A DNA stretch of 64,000 bases from a virus (lineage: Duplodnaviria > Caudoviricetes): IMG/VR virus record IMGVR_UViG_3300028920_000023; one strand, 5' to 3'. The notes beneath the pieces are model-generated. The model saw only the letters and a program-made list of their open reading frames with translations. It was not told the DNA's origin and did no database searches. Each line of letters starts with the position of its first letter. Position 1 is the stretch's first letter. Below, piece by piece: positions 27,801 through 36,741 of the stretch. Made by a program: the position numbers and the translations under genes.

Positions 27801-29127
27801 GGTTATCATAGACGAATTTGATGTTCTTATCTAGGAAGGCTTTGGCGTCTCTGTCTCTTTTTGAGACGATTAAGATGGTTTTATGGGAGAAGAACATTCC
27901 ATTCCATAGGGCATATGCCCCGGATAATGTGCTTATGCCGCAATTATGAACAACGGCTCCATCTACGATATAATTATGAGTTTCTGGAATCGTAAGATCA
28001 TAAACTTCACTTTCTGTATCTACTGGTTTAACAGATTTAATCTGACCCTTAATTCTATTAAATATAAATCCTTTTGTGATTTCTTTTCTTGGTTTTTTGC
28101 CAAATATTCCTATATATTTTGTAAATAATTCAAAATCTCTACCACCTATAATCCTTAATTTAGATATGGTTCCCTTACCAGGATAAATTTTAGAATTTAT
28201 CCCGAATCTACTAAGAAGTTGTTTTAATTGATATAATATTATAACAGATTCCTGAGCTATTCCAGCTTCATTACAATCCTTACCGCTATACCACCCATCT
28301 CCAGAGAACATCCTGTTTATCAAAGTAGCTACTGAGTCATTGTTCCAAGAAAAAACTTCTGCTGGTATTCGTTTTTGCTTGCCTGTTTGTTTGTCTATTC
28401 CAAGAGAACGCAACCATTTTCTAGCTTCAGAATGATTTGTCTGCATCCTATAATTATTGCTATCTGGAGCAAACGAACTAGAATGTGGCCTGATCTTCAG
28501 ACGAACACCAAATTTTAATTCAAAATGCTTCTGGAATTCCAAAAGATATTTCCATCTCTTATTTGTAAAATTAATCCATCTACCATAACATCCGTCCGTG
28601 ATCAAATACCCCAACAAAATGGCATCGGACGTCATCCGGTTATTATAACAGCAGATGTCCGATACCTCTACAAGTACATCGTTTAAAGACAGATCAATTG
28701 CTTTTACCCAACCTTTGCTTGTTAAGAATTGATGATCGCCCGTACATATCGACCTATGGCCAGTTTTAGTCCTAACTTCGTAAAGATTCGTAGAAATTCC
28801 ATTATTATGAACATCAGATACTTTCTGCACATCGAGACGGTTGTCTTTGAGAGTATATACGATATCACCCTTCCTAATTTCTTCGATAGGACAAGGTCCG
28901 TTTGGCGTCCATACCATACTCCCTTTCACGAAGCACTGCCTCGTTTTTCTGTAAACGTTAAATCTGTATTTTTTGAAATCTTCTAAGCTCTTCTTTTGGT
29001 AATCAAATAATCCAAATGGTAAAATACCAGCAACCGGGTGTTTGATCTTACAAAAATTCTCTATAAAATACATTGGGCTTCTCTGGCAACGCCGGAGAAG
29101 ATCGGACATCAACTTTTTTCTATTCAT
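24823..29127 (-). CDS. terL: Terminase large subunit with two inteins (about 642 aa spliced)
   Basis: Walker A region KTRQ|CGIST, Walker B IIDEAGF, VISTCNG, nuclease MGVDISSG. Confidence 0.93.
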   Translation of the reverse strand: MNRKKLMSDLLRRCQRSPMYFIENFCKIKHPVAGILPFGLFDYQKKSLEDFKKYRFNVYRKTRQCFVKGSMVWTPNGPCPIEEIRKGDIVYTLKDNRLDVQKVSDVHNNGISTNLYEVRTKTGHRSICTGDHQFLTSKGWVKAIDLSLNDVLVEVSDICCYNNRMTSDAILLGYLITDGCYGRWINFTNKRWKYLLEFQKHFELKFGVRLKIRPHSSSFAPDSNNYRMQTNHSEARKWLRSLGIDKQTGKQKRIPAEVFSWNNDSVATLINRMFSGDGWYSGKDCNEAGIAQESVIILYQLKQLLSRFGINSKIYPGKGTISKLRIIGGRDFELFTKYIGIFGKKPRKEITKGFIFNRIKGQIKSVKPVDTESEVYDLTIPETHNYIVDGAVVHNCGISTLSGAYALWNGMFFSHKTILIVSKRDRDAKAFLDKNIKFVYDNLPKEFHQIYGDPPPTYNEHEIVFPNGSQISSLTSSKETLRSNSSSLNIIDEAGFMPHMDEMWAAGWPCVSDDSIISTNDGLIEIKEMLNDNTGIGEFGNLDIDLPTDSGDKQCSAIFNSGYTNTLHIETELGYEFEATPHHKLRIFNEQGEYVWKELRELKQDDYVCLLPNTCRGKPHVFVEPECDLINLGNLKNRDHTEVICHKCYKKFVLKVITLRKSKKEKYICPSCVHHKPQKLPDIMTVDLAEIIGYYIGDGSSSVSRPKRIKPHCCPTDKQLHEKLIIKLKNIGLNPKTEYACHTVDIKVYNAPFVDWMFRHGLIKEDVYHARIPKAILSSGPEIICAFLRGYFEADGSSSNKRITCSSVSKVLIDQVRSSLFSLGIITRTSEGRGGFTNSKKSYRLSTIDRRNYIRFINEIGFISDRKNVILDAPKQEHGLSIRHKAVEEFCRKSNKKSITRYYQRNNRIPYNRAIDLLCDDNKDTALGRILSNGLVPMKVKSIRESKAKTLDLSVPENNTYIANGFISHNTLQHGGSVIVISTCNGVGNWYEVTWSDAEKKRNDFNPIIVNWWDMDWSIEFEDQKTGQKRRICPTDGIRKCRTKEEKEKWGPYYSPWLEEQYRQLQQRGEAHLFRQEILAEFIGTGNTVLSRNQLLYLVDDLDNNGGRKYFVVGKVPYIHPTTSEELELDFDGKLKIWKRPIKPQPDLIEQGKIIRPGAPGHTYSMGVDISSGEDNDLSAIVVIDCNDCEQVAELNMQVQPYFLMCMMDYLARYFNNAFVVPERTGLGIPVCQQFYNNFGYSNVYHMKTAKGQRTAKVGFPTSPAHKPTLVKAILDNIGVEDGVRVYSAELVDQLHIFIHLGGNKIGHVPGPGNHSDIVMALGMSLVGLPEAVISDHASLIPVHNVPSLNNDVIDPPDAARQIGQLNDSGGIHALAPVILCPELSEHKTPEQEFNEYIMTLGGLPANSKLVDPRFMITQKIKTIRLDNGGPIMR
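26218..27600 (-). mobile_element. LAGLIDADG-containing intein (461 aa) in terminase, with an internal Zn ribbon
   Basis: AGWP|CVSDDS...FISHN|TLQH; IIGYYIGDG and RGYFEADG; CHKC...CPSC insert. Confidence 0.88.
27943..28935 (-). mobile_element. LAGLIDADG-containing intein (331 aa) in the terminase Walker A motif
   Basis: KTRQ|CFVKGS...AVVHN|CGIST; LLGYLITDG and MFSGDG. Confidence 0.9.
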
Positions 29128-29701
29128 CTTGTTTCTTCGGTTGCGATAGAAGCGCCACTAAATCAAGATCACCAGTAATATGCTCACCCCCCTGTACATT
29201 AACAATCACATCGTTGTTCTTTACAGAAGCCATCAACTTCGCAACCGAGTCCAATGCCCTACTAGCATTAGAATTAATATCAGACTTAACCTGCAATGCC
29301 TTAATATAATTATCAAGTAAAGGAGTCAACCCTTTTTGATCAGAATTCTGTAACTTAGCATTCAATGCACTCTTAATAGTCTGTATAGCCTCTTCCACCT
29401 GGTCTCTATCACTTCTCTGATTATTGATTATCTCGTCTACAGACACGGAGAATTTAGTTAACATCTCTGCCACACCCTGAGAGAATTCTGATTTCTCTGG
29501 TGAAGCATCAATATCTAAAGGAGCTGGAAGCGGCTCGAAGTATGGATCTACTAATTCAGGTTCAGCTACCTGATGCTGTAGCGGCGGTGCTTCTGGTGGT
29601 GGATCTGGACATTCTTCTATTTCTTCTAGTATATCTTGCAATTCATCTGGACTGATACTTCCTTCTTCGAAATCGTCTGGATGCGATTCTTCAGACATCA
29701 C
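29120..29701 (-). CDS. Probable terminase small subunit
   Basis: Helical protein immediately upstream of, and overlapping, terL; inferred from position only. Confidence 0.45.
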   Translation of the reverse strand: MMSEESHPDDFEEGSISPDELQDILEEIEECPDPPPEAPPLQHQVAEPELVDPYFEPLPAPLDIDASPEKSEFSQGVAEMLTKFSVSVDEIINNQRSDRDQVEEAIQTIKSALNAKLQNSDQKGLTPLLDNYIKALQVKSDINSNASRALDSVAKLMASVKNNDVIVNVQGGEHITGDLDLVALLSQPKKQDE

Positions 29702-30272
29702 AAGCTTCTCTGAACTTATGTAGGGTATCTAAATCAAATCTGCATGGTCTTCTATTTCTTGAGACCAGCCACCCTCTATTTATATCCCAGATTGTCTTAT
29801 CTGCTCTGTGGCCACTGCCGTTTTCATAAGATTCTCCTATATCCCTCCATCCGCCCATATTTAGGGCTATGATTCTATTGACAAATTTTTTGAGCGTTTC
29901 TGTGTGTTTGAATCCAGATAAAGATTCTCTGATTTGTGATATGGTCTTGGTGTGGTTGTCACACAGAAATAATATTGCTTCTCTAAGGTTGTCCGCTACG
30001 TCTCGCTGTATTCTGTGTCCGCTTCTGGTTGGGTCTGTATCTGCTGATTTCTTGGGTACTATTCTTGATTTCATATTAATTGTCTTTGGTCTTGCGTTCT
30101 TCATTCTTGTTTTTCTATACATTTTTTCTCTGGCCGATTTTGGTGTACTTTCTGAGAGGGCCTTGTCGATTTGTTTCATGTTATCGTCCAGTTCTTGTCC
30201 TGAGGCCGAGATATAAGACCATAATATATCTTTTAGTAGTTTCTTTTGATCAGTACTCAGGGTCTTGCTCAT
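29691..30272 (-). CDS. Hypothetical protein
   Basis: 193-aa ORF overlapping both neighbours. Confidence 0.7.
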   Translation of the reverse strand: MSKTLSTDQKKLLKDILWSYISASGQELDDNMKQIDKALSESTPKSAREKMYRKTRMKNARPKTINMKSRIVPKKSADTDPTRSGHRIQRDVADNLREAILFLCDNHTKTISQIRESLSGFKHTETLKKFVNRIIALNMGGWRDIGESYENGSGHRADKTIWDINRGWLVSRNRRPCRFDLDTLHKFREACDV

Positions 30273-31197
30273 TGTCGTCTGACTTCCTTTTGAACATTTG
30301 ATCTTCTTCGTTCATTGGGGAATCAGTAAATTCCTCTGACCTAAGACGTATAAATTTTAGGAAGTTTGTAATGGTTTGACGACTCAGATCAGTTTCATCA
30401 ACCAGTTTCCCTATCATGCCATCATGTGCGCGGTCGTCTTTGTCATAGAGCTCCTCTAGAGCTTCTATGATCCTGTTATATTCCTGGTTATATTTGCAGA
30501 TTTGTTTGGCTTCATTTAAGAAACGCTCAAGTGCAAAGCTTTTGTTTTGTGCTTTATTCTCTAGGTGATTTTGTAGAAGAGGACTGTTTTTCTTATCTCT
30601 GTTCTCTTTCTTAATATGGGCCAGAATCACGGTTCGACCTATCTGCGACCACAGGTTGAATATCTTGGAGGTGCCTCTATAATAAATATTACACTCAACA
30701 ACTTCCTCATCATCACGATCATCATCAAAACCCAACCAAAGCGATTCTATATTACCACGCGTGAACTTATTACCACACTTTTTGCACCTCTTAAAACGCT
30801 TAACAACATCATCAATAAATACAAACTCATCAGCAATCAAAGAATCATTTGGCCTCTGAGTATTATAACATAATTTACAGTGTGGCCTAGCCTCATACTT
30901 GTATAAAGCACTCTCTATCTGCACCCATGCAACCTGATAGAGATCATTAATAGACGCATCATCCTTACCTGGGCATATCTGCCCCAAATTATGCGCTTTG
31001 ATTAAGTTGTCGATGAGATCACCAGCTGAGACCATAATCTGGTCTCTCAAATCCACATCCGTGCAGCTTGTCTCATGATATCTGTATAATAACCTCTCTA
31101 CCTTCTCATTATCAAAATAATAATTAGATTTATATATTTCGTGTCTGTGGCTATTTTTTCGGGATTTTGTACCTGGACTTGATGAACTTTTTGCCAT
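30250..31197 (-). CDS. Late-transcription sigma factor, T4 gp55-like, with a Zn-ribbon insert
   Basis: YYFDNEKVERLL, DLYQVAWVQIESALYKY, FNLWSQIGRTVILAHIKKENRDKK (region 2-like); no clear region 4; CKLC...CKKC insert. Confidence 0.65.
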   Translation of the reverse strand: MAKSSSSPGTKSRKNSHRHEIYKSNYYFDNEKVERLLYRYHETSCTDVDLRDQIMVSAGDLIDNLIKAHNLGQICPGKDDASINDLYQVAWVQIESALYKYEARPHCKLCYNTQRPNDSLIADEFVFIDDVVKRFKRCKKCGNKFTRGNIESLWLGFDDDRDDEEVVECNIYYRGTSKIFNLWSQIGRTVILAHIKKENRDKKNSPLLQNHLENKAQNKSFALERFLNEAKQICKYNQEYNRIIEALEELYDKDDRAHDGMIGKLVDETDLSRQTITNFLKFIRLRSEEFTDSPMNEEDQMFKRKSDDNEQDPEY

Positions 31198-32866
31198 CTA
31201 TTTCTGCCTTAGATGTGATAACTTTTGTTGGGTAACCCATCTCGACCACAGTCTTAAGGTTTTCCCTAGAATGCTTATATAAATATTTATTTGTGAGATG
31301 AAAGAATCCAAATACCCTTGCCCAACCTCGTTTGTTCCTACGAACCGACCTACCGACCTTCTGGTCAAACTGAGACCATTGCCCACCACCCCCAATAATA
31401 ACCAAATTCTCCACACCACACTTCAAATCAAAACCACGACCAACAATCTTACTACCAATCAAACACTTCAAATCTCTACGCTCAAACGCCTCAACACACT
31501 CTCGGCGATACTTCTTAGAAGATTTACCATATATAAACACAGAACCAGGAATATGCTCCTGTAGACCAAAACCAAGAGGCTCAATAGGAGAAGTATCAAT
31601 CAAAATAAGCGTACCTTCCTCTCCAAACTGCAGAGGAATAGTAGCAACCAAAGAATGAAAATCATCATTATCAACAATATCTTCCTTCAAAGCAATATCA
31701 TAAGCACGACCATCACGCCTATCCCCATCCTCGATAGCAATGAAAAACATCCTAATAGGAATAATCCGCCCAGCCGCCTGAACCTCCTCCCTACTCGTCT
31801 CCGAAATAATACTACCCATATGCTCCTTCAAAATCAAATTCTTAACAGGCTTAGAACGCTCATAAGGAGTTGCACTAAAACCAAACTTTCTACGCCCCTT
31901 AAAATACCTCTTAAACAACTTAGCATACTGCTTAGTCGTAGCCAAATCCACCTCATCGACCAATAACAAATCACATTTCGATACCATCCCCTGTATTTCT
32001 CTAGCATGTTCCAACCTAGTCTTATAAGCCTTCATCCTAATCTCAAAATCAACCTCAGCACAATAATTGCGGAGTAATAAAGAAACAGGACCACTTAACT
32101 CAGAAACAGCCTCCGGATTATCCAACAACGCCTCACCAACCGCAGTAGGCAAAGCCCTGCGGATATGTCCCAAAGCATTCTCCGATTTGCTAGACAACCA
32201 TCTCTCCAACATAGACAAAGCACGCTTGACTTTCATTTTCTTGCATATATCATCAAATTCAGGCTTAGTAGGAGAAGATAAAGACTGAATACTACCTATA
32301 ATCACCTGATTCCCATTCGGCATATTCCCAAAACAGAACATACCAACATCATTATTATGGACAACATTACGAAGATTAACTCTCTCTACGATCTGTTCGA
32401 GAACAACAACCTGCTCCGTAATAACCACAGTAGGACAACGAAACATCTTAATCAAACCACAAGCAACCTCGGTCTTACCACTGCCCGTAGTCGATTTGAT
32501 AATACCTATTTCCTTCTCACAACACACCTTAAGAGCATCAACCTGATACTTCAGAAGCGTAATACCATCCAACAGCGTCTCAGTTATCTGATCACGATTA
32601 GGAGCCGGATATTTCGGCGCAGGTCTCTCGTCAGAGATCTCCAGAGGTATTCTATTCTGCTCACAACATATCTTAAGTTCATCTAGGAAAGATAATTCAA
32701 GTCTAGCGTGTTTCTGGTTGTATTTCCTGACCCACCCATCCCAATCGCTTGTGGAATATCTTGCTCTTGGGTCTAATACTGAAAAATGGGATTTAACTAC
32801 GTCTTCATTGTCTGATGTTAGTTGCTCTAGATAGATGTGTCTGTTATCAATTATCCTTGCCAGCAC
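31151..32866 (-). CDS. uvsW: SF2 DNA helicase, UvsW-like
   Basis: STTGSGKT, LLVDEVD, FGFSATP, GRGFDL, QKVGRSVR. Confidence 0.85.
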   Translation of the reverse strand: MLARIIDNRHIYLEQLTSDNEDVVKSHFSVLDPRARYSTSDWDGWVRKYNQKHARLELSFLDELKICCEQNRIPLEISDERPAPKYPAPNRDQITETLLDGITLLKYQVDALKVCCEKEIGIIKSTTGSGKTEVACGLIKMFRCPTVVITEQVVVLEQIVERVNLRNVVHNNDVGMFCFGNMPNGNQVIIGSIQSLSSPTKPEFDDICKKMKVKRALSMLERWLSSKSENALGHIRRALPTAVGEALLDNPEAVSELSGPVSLLLRNYCAEVDFEIRMKAYKTRLEHAREIQGMVSKCDLLLVDEVDLATTKQYAKLFKRYFKGRRKFGFSATPYERSKPVKNLILKEHMGSIISETSREEVQAAGRIIPIRMFFIAIEDGDRRDGRAYDIALKEDIVDNDDFHSLVATIPLQFGEEGTLILIDTSPIEPLGFGLQEHIPGSVFIYGKSSKKYRRECVEAFERRDLKCLIGSKIVGRGFDLKCGVENLVIIGGGGQWSQFDQKVGRSVRRNKRGWARVFGFFHLTNKYLYKHSRENLKTVVEMGYPTKVITSKAEIDGKKFIKSRYKIPKK

Positions 32867-33116
32867 GTTTAATCCCCTTCTTCTGTCCTGATTGGGCCTC
32901 TGTATAGTAGCGTACTTCTGTGGCGTTTACCCACTTGAAATCGCCCCTGATGTTTGGTATCAAGAATTCTGTGCGAAGAACTTCGTCTTTTTCATTAGTT
33001 ACAGTTTCTATTTTGAATACCGGGAAGAGTTTACGTATAGCAAAACCATAATCTTTAGCAGTTTTCTCGTTCTTGAAAACAACCCGACATATCGGGTTGT
33101 GTATCGGCGCATCCAT
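32847..33116 (-). CDS. Hypothetical protein
   Basis: 89-aa ORF. Confidence 0.55.
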   Translation of the reverse strand: MDAPIHNPICRVVFKNEKTAKDYGFAIRKLFPVFKIETVTNEKDEVLRTEFLIPNIRGDFKWVNATEVRYYTEAQSGQKKGIKRAGKDN

Positions 33117-33429
33117 GTTTCATCCCCAATATAAGAAAAATGGTCAAAAGCACAAGAATAATCCAGGCAAAAATGACCTTTTTGCCTGGTACAAAATATT
33201 CCCTTATGCCTATTATTGGCGGTTTTCGACTGTAGTCGAAACTATATGATATCCTTTTAGAAACCCTGAGTAAATTATTCTTATTATCTTGTACCACAGC
33301 GTGCAGAGGGCAATCCATCTTGCTGATCTCTTCATCTAGAGCAGCAATAGCATCCTCAGAAGAATCGAACCTATCCCCTAATACGTGTTTGACATTATCC
33401 TTATCAGTAATAGAAACAGACCATCTCAT
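33055..33429 (-). CDS. Hypothetical membrane-anchored protein
   Basis: Hydrophobic segment VIFAWIILVLLTIFLILGM. Confidence 0.55.
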   Translation of the reverse strand: MRWSVSITDKDNVKHVLGDRFDSSEDAIAALDEEISKMDCPLHAVVQDNKNNLLRVSKRISYSFDYSRKPPIIGIREYFVPGKKVIFAWIILVLLTIFLILGMKHGCADTQPDMSGCFQERENC

Positions 33430-33719
33430 GACTTCTTCCTAGATTTAGTCTTCTTTATACTCTTAACCGGATTCAATAAAGCAAGTTTAAGCTGTACCAA
33501 AATAGAAGCAAACTTCCCCCTAATCACACACTCATCCAAAGTCTGCAAAACAAACTTAGTAACATCATCACTAATATTAACAACCTCTTTATCCTTAGAT
33601 TCTTCCAAAGATTTACTAAGTAACAACACCTTATCGGCATCGCTACCGCGAATCTCGGTATTCTCAATGATTCTGGATAGAAAGTCTTTCTGGATTTCAC
33701 TTATATTATAATTAGGCAT
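33426..33719 (-). CDS. Hypothetical protein
   Basis: 97-aa ORF with SD. Confidence 0.6.
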   Translation of the reverse strand: MPNYNISEIQKDFLSRIIENTEIRGSDADKVLLLSKSLEESKDKEVVNISDDVTKFVLQTLDECVIRGKFASILVQLKLALLNPVKSIKKTKSRKKS

Positions 33720-33753
33720 ATCAGTCTCCCTAAATTAGATACGCCTAAACAAC

Positions 33754-34077
33754 TCATTCAGAATCTTTCAGAATCTTCCTTAACTCATCATAAGTAACAT
33801 ATCTTCCCTTAGCTTTCTGCACATCCTTCTCCTGAGCAGCACGACCAACCTTATGCACATCGGAATCTTTAGCCTTACCGACAGGCTTCATGGTCGTATC
33901 TTCCTGCTCACTAATACTATAATCATCAACAGAAACATGCAACTCCAAATTACCACACTTAATAAAACTACCAAACTGCTCCGTAGAGACTATCTCCGCC
34001 TCTCCTAGCAAATCCGGAAGATACGCAACAGCCTTCTTGAGACCCTTCTCATTCAAGAATTTTTTACTCATCATCAC
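33754..34077 (-). CDS. Hypothetical protein
   Basis: 107-aa ORF coupled to the upstream gene. Confidence 0.6.
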   Translation of the reverse strand: MMMSKKFLNEKGLKKAVAYLPDLLGEAEIVSTEQFGSFIKCGNLELHVSVDDYSISEQEDTTMKPVGKAKDSDVHKVGRAAQEKDVQKAKGRYVTYDELRKILKDSE

Positions 34078-34910
34078 CCCACAGTCAAATTAAATCTTGG
34101 ACTAACCCTAGTCTCGCCATTCGGTAATTCAACCTCAATCTGATAAAGATAAGTCCCTCTAAGAAGCATACTAGTATCAATCTTAGTTTTAAGAACAAAA
34201 GGATTAGTCCTATAGGAGCCCTGCCTCAAACCAATATCCATAGGAATATCCTGGAAATCCTCGAGAACCTCACAATTCTCCGTGAAGATAGTCAAAGTAG
34301 CACAAAGACGAGGCAAAATAGGAGCAATCTTATTATAATCGTAATCATATAACGGAAGAGGCATCAAACCGACCTCAAGATTCCTAATCTCTGGTTTATG
34401 GAATTTGACATCTAGAGCCTCAAAACCAAGTCTAATAGTGCTTAGGTCGCTATCACAATAAGTGCTATTTGGTTGTAACCAGAACTCGTTACAGCATCTT
34501 TTCCAATTATCTTCATCATCAAGAAAAGCTTCCTTTTCCTCCGCAGACCAGCTATCCCATCCTTCCGGCTCTTCTGGAATATAATTCCAAACGTCAAAAT
34601 AAATCTCAGGAGCAGGTAAATCCTCCGGAACATCCCATATCAGACTAAATTGCCCAGGAAGTATATTATCATCTTCATCAATATCACGCGTAACCGGAGA
34701 AGGATACCCCGTCTCATCAGGATACAACATCGGAAATTGTGCTAATAAATTCTCATCTTGAACAGAAGTCCTATAAATATCCACACGACGTATCGCGAAT
34801 GGTTCTGTAGGTATGCCATTCTTATAAAAGGTTACATTCAGACGTAATTTACTACCGGTTCTTCCGCTAATACGCGTCAGAACATCAGTGTCAGTTCCTG
34901 GACATGCCAT
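34074..34910 (-). CDS. Putative virion structural protein (beta-rich)
   Basis: 278 aa, AGGAGG SD, preceded by a late-promoter candidate. Confidence 0.65.
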   Translation of the reverse strand: MACPGTDTDVLTRISGRTGSKLRLNVTFYKNGIPTEPFAIRRVDIYRTSVQDENLLAQFPMLYPDETGYPSPVTRDIDEDDNILPGQFSLIWDVPEDLPAPEIYFDVWNYIPEEPEGWDSWSAEEKEAFLDDEDNWKRCCNEFWLQPNSTYCDSDLSTIRLGFEALDVKFHKPEIRNLEVGLMPLPLYDYDYNKIAPILPRLCATLTIFTENCEVLEDFQDIPMDIGLRQGSYRTNPFVLKTKIDTSMLLRGTYLYQIEVELPNGETRVSPRFNLTVG

Positions 34911-34927
34911 AATTATACCTCCTGTGA

Positions 34928-34935
34928 TATGTTTG
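34928..34935 (-). promoter_or_regulatory. Candidate late promoter CAAACATA
   Basis: 4 nt before the AGGAGG SD of 34074..34910. Confidence 0.55.
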
Positions 34936-34937
34936 AA

Positions 34938-35138
34938 TTATCGGGAGGTATTTTTGGTAGCTTCTTTGTTCCTTCTCTCATTCTCTTTCGAAATACGATC
35001 CAACCACCACTGACGGGTCTCAGCCGTCATAGTATTAATCTCAAATAGGGAAAGGTGCCCATACGTCTTAAGCAAAAATTCCTGCTCTAGTAAATGTTTA
35101 TATTCCCTCTCGCATGCCTCGTGATTTCGGCGTTCGAA
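34938..35138 (-). CDS. gp51-like C-terminal extension, probably reached by +1/-2 frameshift from 35098..36129
   Basis: FERRNHEACEREYKHLLEQEFLLKTYGHLSLFEINTMTAETRQWWLDRISKENERRNKEATKNTSR*; no start codon between the upstream in-frame TGA and the conserved block; entry at GAC-TTT-TTT-C. Confidence 0.65.
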   Translation of the reverse strand, partial: FERRNHEACEREYKHLLEQEFLLKTYGHLSLFEINTMTAETRQWWLDRISKENERRNKEATKNTSR

Positions 35139-36129
35139 AAAAGTCTGTCGTAAACGGCAACCCCATTTTCATATCCTCATCACAATGTGGGCAAGTAACC
35201 TCTATATCAGTATCAATACCAGGCATATTATCATCCATAGCCTGCCTGATTACAGAAGTGTCCCTAGCATGCATCTTCCTAACAATCTGAGCAATTTTGC
35301 CCCGATCATCATCACCATTAATACTAACAATAGCTAGATCCAAATTCTGTTCAATAGTCTCATTCAACACAACCGGAGCCTTTTGTTTAGCAAAAGGCCT
35401 AGGACCCTTGTGCGCCGTTCTAGCCTGCTTAGGCATAGAAGCAGAAATAGCCTTGGTGCGCTTAGTGATCTCCCGCACATCCCTCCATCGCATAAACCTA
35501 ACAGCAACATAAACCCTTCTACCAGTAATCTCAGAAAAATAAGGAAGATCGACCTCAAAAGGCTCATTCTTAGAAGGACCCTTCAAAGTATCAGCAAGTT
35601 CATTCAGATCATACTCATGCACACTATCCCGAGCACAATCCTCATTCGTGCATTTGACCGTGAACTCATAAATATTACCATACGAAATACCACGAAGATA
35701 ATAAAGAAGAAACGTCCAATCACCAATAATAAGATCAGTAGAAGAAAAACCATTTGGAAATCTAACATGATTATCCATAATATAATCTAAAGCTTGTCCA
35801 GAACCAGTTAACCTAGATGTCGCTAATATCTTGTCAGCTTTAATAGTCATCGGGAGGACTTCTATCTTACCATCCGGAAGCCTATCAGAATAATATCTGC
35901 CCTGACTTGGGAGAGTAACCTTCTCCCACGGAATAAGCTGCTCCGACGGAGTATTAGCTATAAAATCAACTAATTCAGCAGAAGACAAACTAGATTGCGT
36001 CTGCAATTTGTTAGTACTGGCCTGAAAACGCAGACGTGCTTTTCTAGCTACCTCGGCATTTTCTTGGGGAGCAACGGGATCTACAGGATCCGTATCCACA
36101 GAATTAAGGTCAATCTCTTTTTCTGACAT
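35098..36129 (-). CDS. gp26-like baseplate hub / tail assembly chaperone
   Basis: VTLPSQGRYY, PMTIKADKIL, DLIIGDWTFLLYYLRGISYG, PGID...CPHC, ends ...TTDFF; directly after the tube genes. Confidence 0.75.
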   Translation of the reverse strand: MSEKEIDLNSVDTDPVDPVAPQENAEVARKARLRFQASTNKLQTQSSLSSAELVDFIANTPSEQLIPWEKVTLPSQGRYYSDRLPDGKIEVLPMTIKADKILATSRLTGSGQALDYIMDNHVRFPNGFSSTDLIIGDWTFLLYYLRGISYGNIYEFTVKCTNEDCARDSVHEYDLNELADTLKGPSKNEPFEVDLPYFSEITGRRVYVAVRFMRWRDVREITKRTKAISASMPKQARTAHKGPRPFAKQKAPVVLNETIEQNLDLAIVSINGDDDRGKIAQIVRKMHARDTSVIRQAMDDNMPGIDTDIEVTCPHCDEDMKMGLPFTTDFFRTPKSRGMREGI

Positions 36130-36160
36130 ATTCTTCTCCTTATAATTCGATAATTATATA

Positions 36161-36670
36161 CTAATCTTGCTTTTCAATCTGTGCATCATCATAAGACAAC
36201 GTAACAGTAACTATTTTAATCTCCGAATTCGTAAACGATAAATCACCATGAGAAATACGATATGGCCAAGCACCGCTCAAAGTGACCCTAATAACAACAA
36301 CACCAGTCCCATCCAGCAACTCAAACCTGCAATTCTGTTTATAATTGTTATGTAACTTTATACCAGAATCACTTTCATAGACCTGATCCTTCCATTTTTG
36401 GAGTTCCTGAGTAACCTCACCATCATCATAAAGCGTAACTCGCAAATCTGGCCAATTAACAGATTTAGCATATTTATAAACTATCAAACCACCAAGAATT
36501 TCTTGTTTGTCTACCAAAGATTCCGGTAATTGCAATTCCTTGGCTAGTACTAATGGAAATCTCGATACCGGACCTAAGCGCGCAATTCTCCATCTGTGAT
36601 TGCGTAGAGTTTCGATGGTATTTGCAGGTGTGTTTTGGTCGCCAACGCTACCGACAATAAACCCTGGCAT
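36161..36670 (-). CDS. Second tail tube protein, gp19-like (start re-assigned to ATG 36670)
   Basis: MPGFIVG...HRWRI...VNWPDLRVTLYD...LSGAWP...VTLSYD; GGAGGTG SD. Confidence 0.85.
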   Translation of the reverse strand: MPGFIVGSVGDQNTPANTIETLRNHRWRIARLGPVSRFPLVLAKELQLPESLVDKQEILGGLIVYKYAKSVNWPDLRVTLYDDGEVTQELQKWKDQVYESDSGIKLHNNYKQNCRFELLDGTGVVVIRVTLSGAWPYRISHGDLSFTNSEIKIVTVTLSYDDAQIEKQD

Positions 36671-36692
36671 CGTTACACCTCCGGATAAGTAA

Positions 36693-36714
36693 AGAGCCAC
36701 CCTAAGGTGGCTCT
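36693..36714 (-). terminator. Hairpin/terminator between the two tube genes
   Basis: agagccacc-ctaa-ggtggctct 9-bp stem; minus strand continues TTACTT. Confidence 0.65.
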
Positions 36715-36741
36715 CTTATCTATCACCAAAACAAGAAAATT

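Noticed and set aside
15188-29127. Group I/II introns as the explanation for the oversized head genes
   Set aside because: Insertions are in frame with canonical intein N- and C-terminal motifs; no frame breaks.
36671-36700. Track start of the second tube gene at 36700
   Set aside because: Lies inside the hairpin; ATG 36670 has an SD and matches the paralog's MPGFI start.
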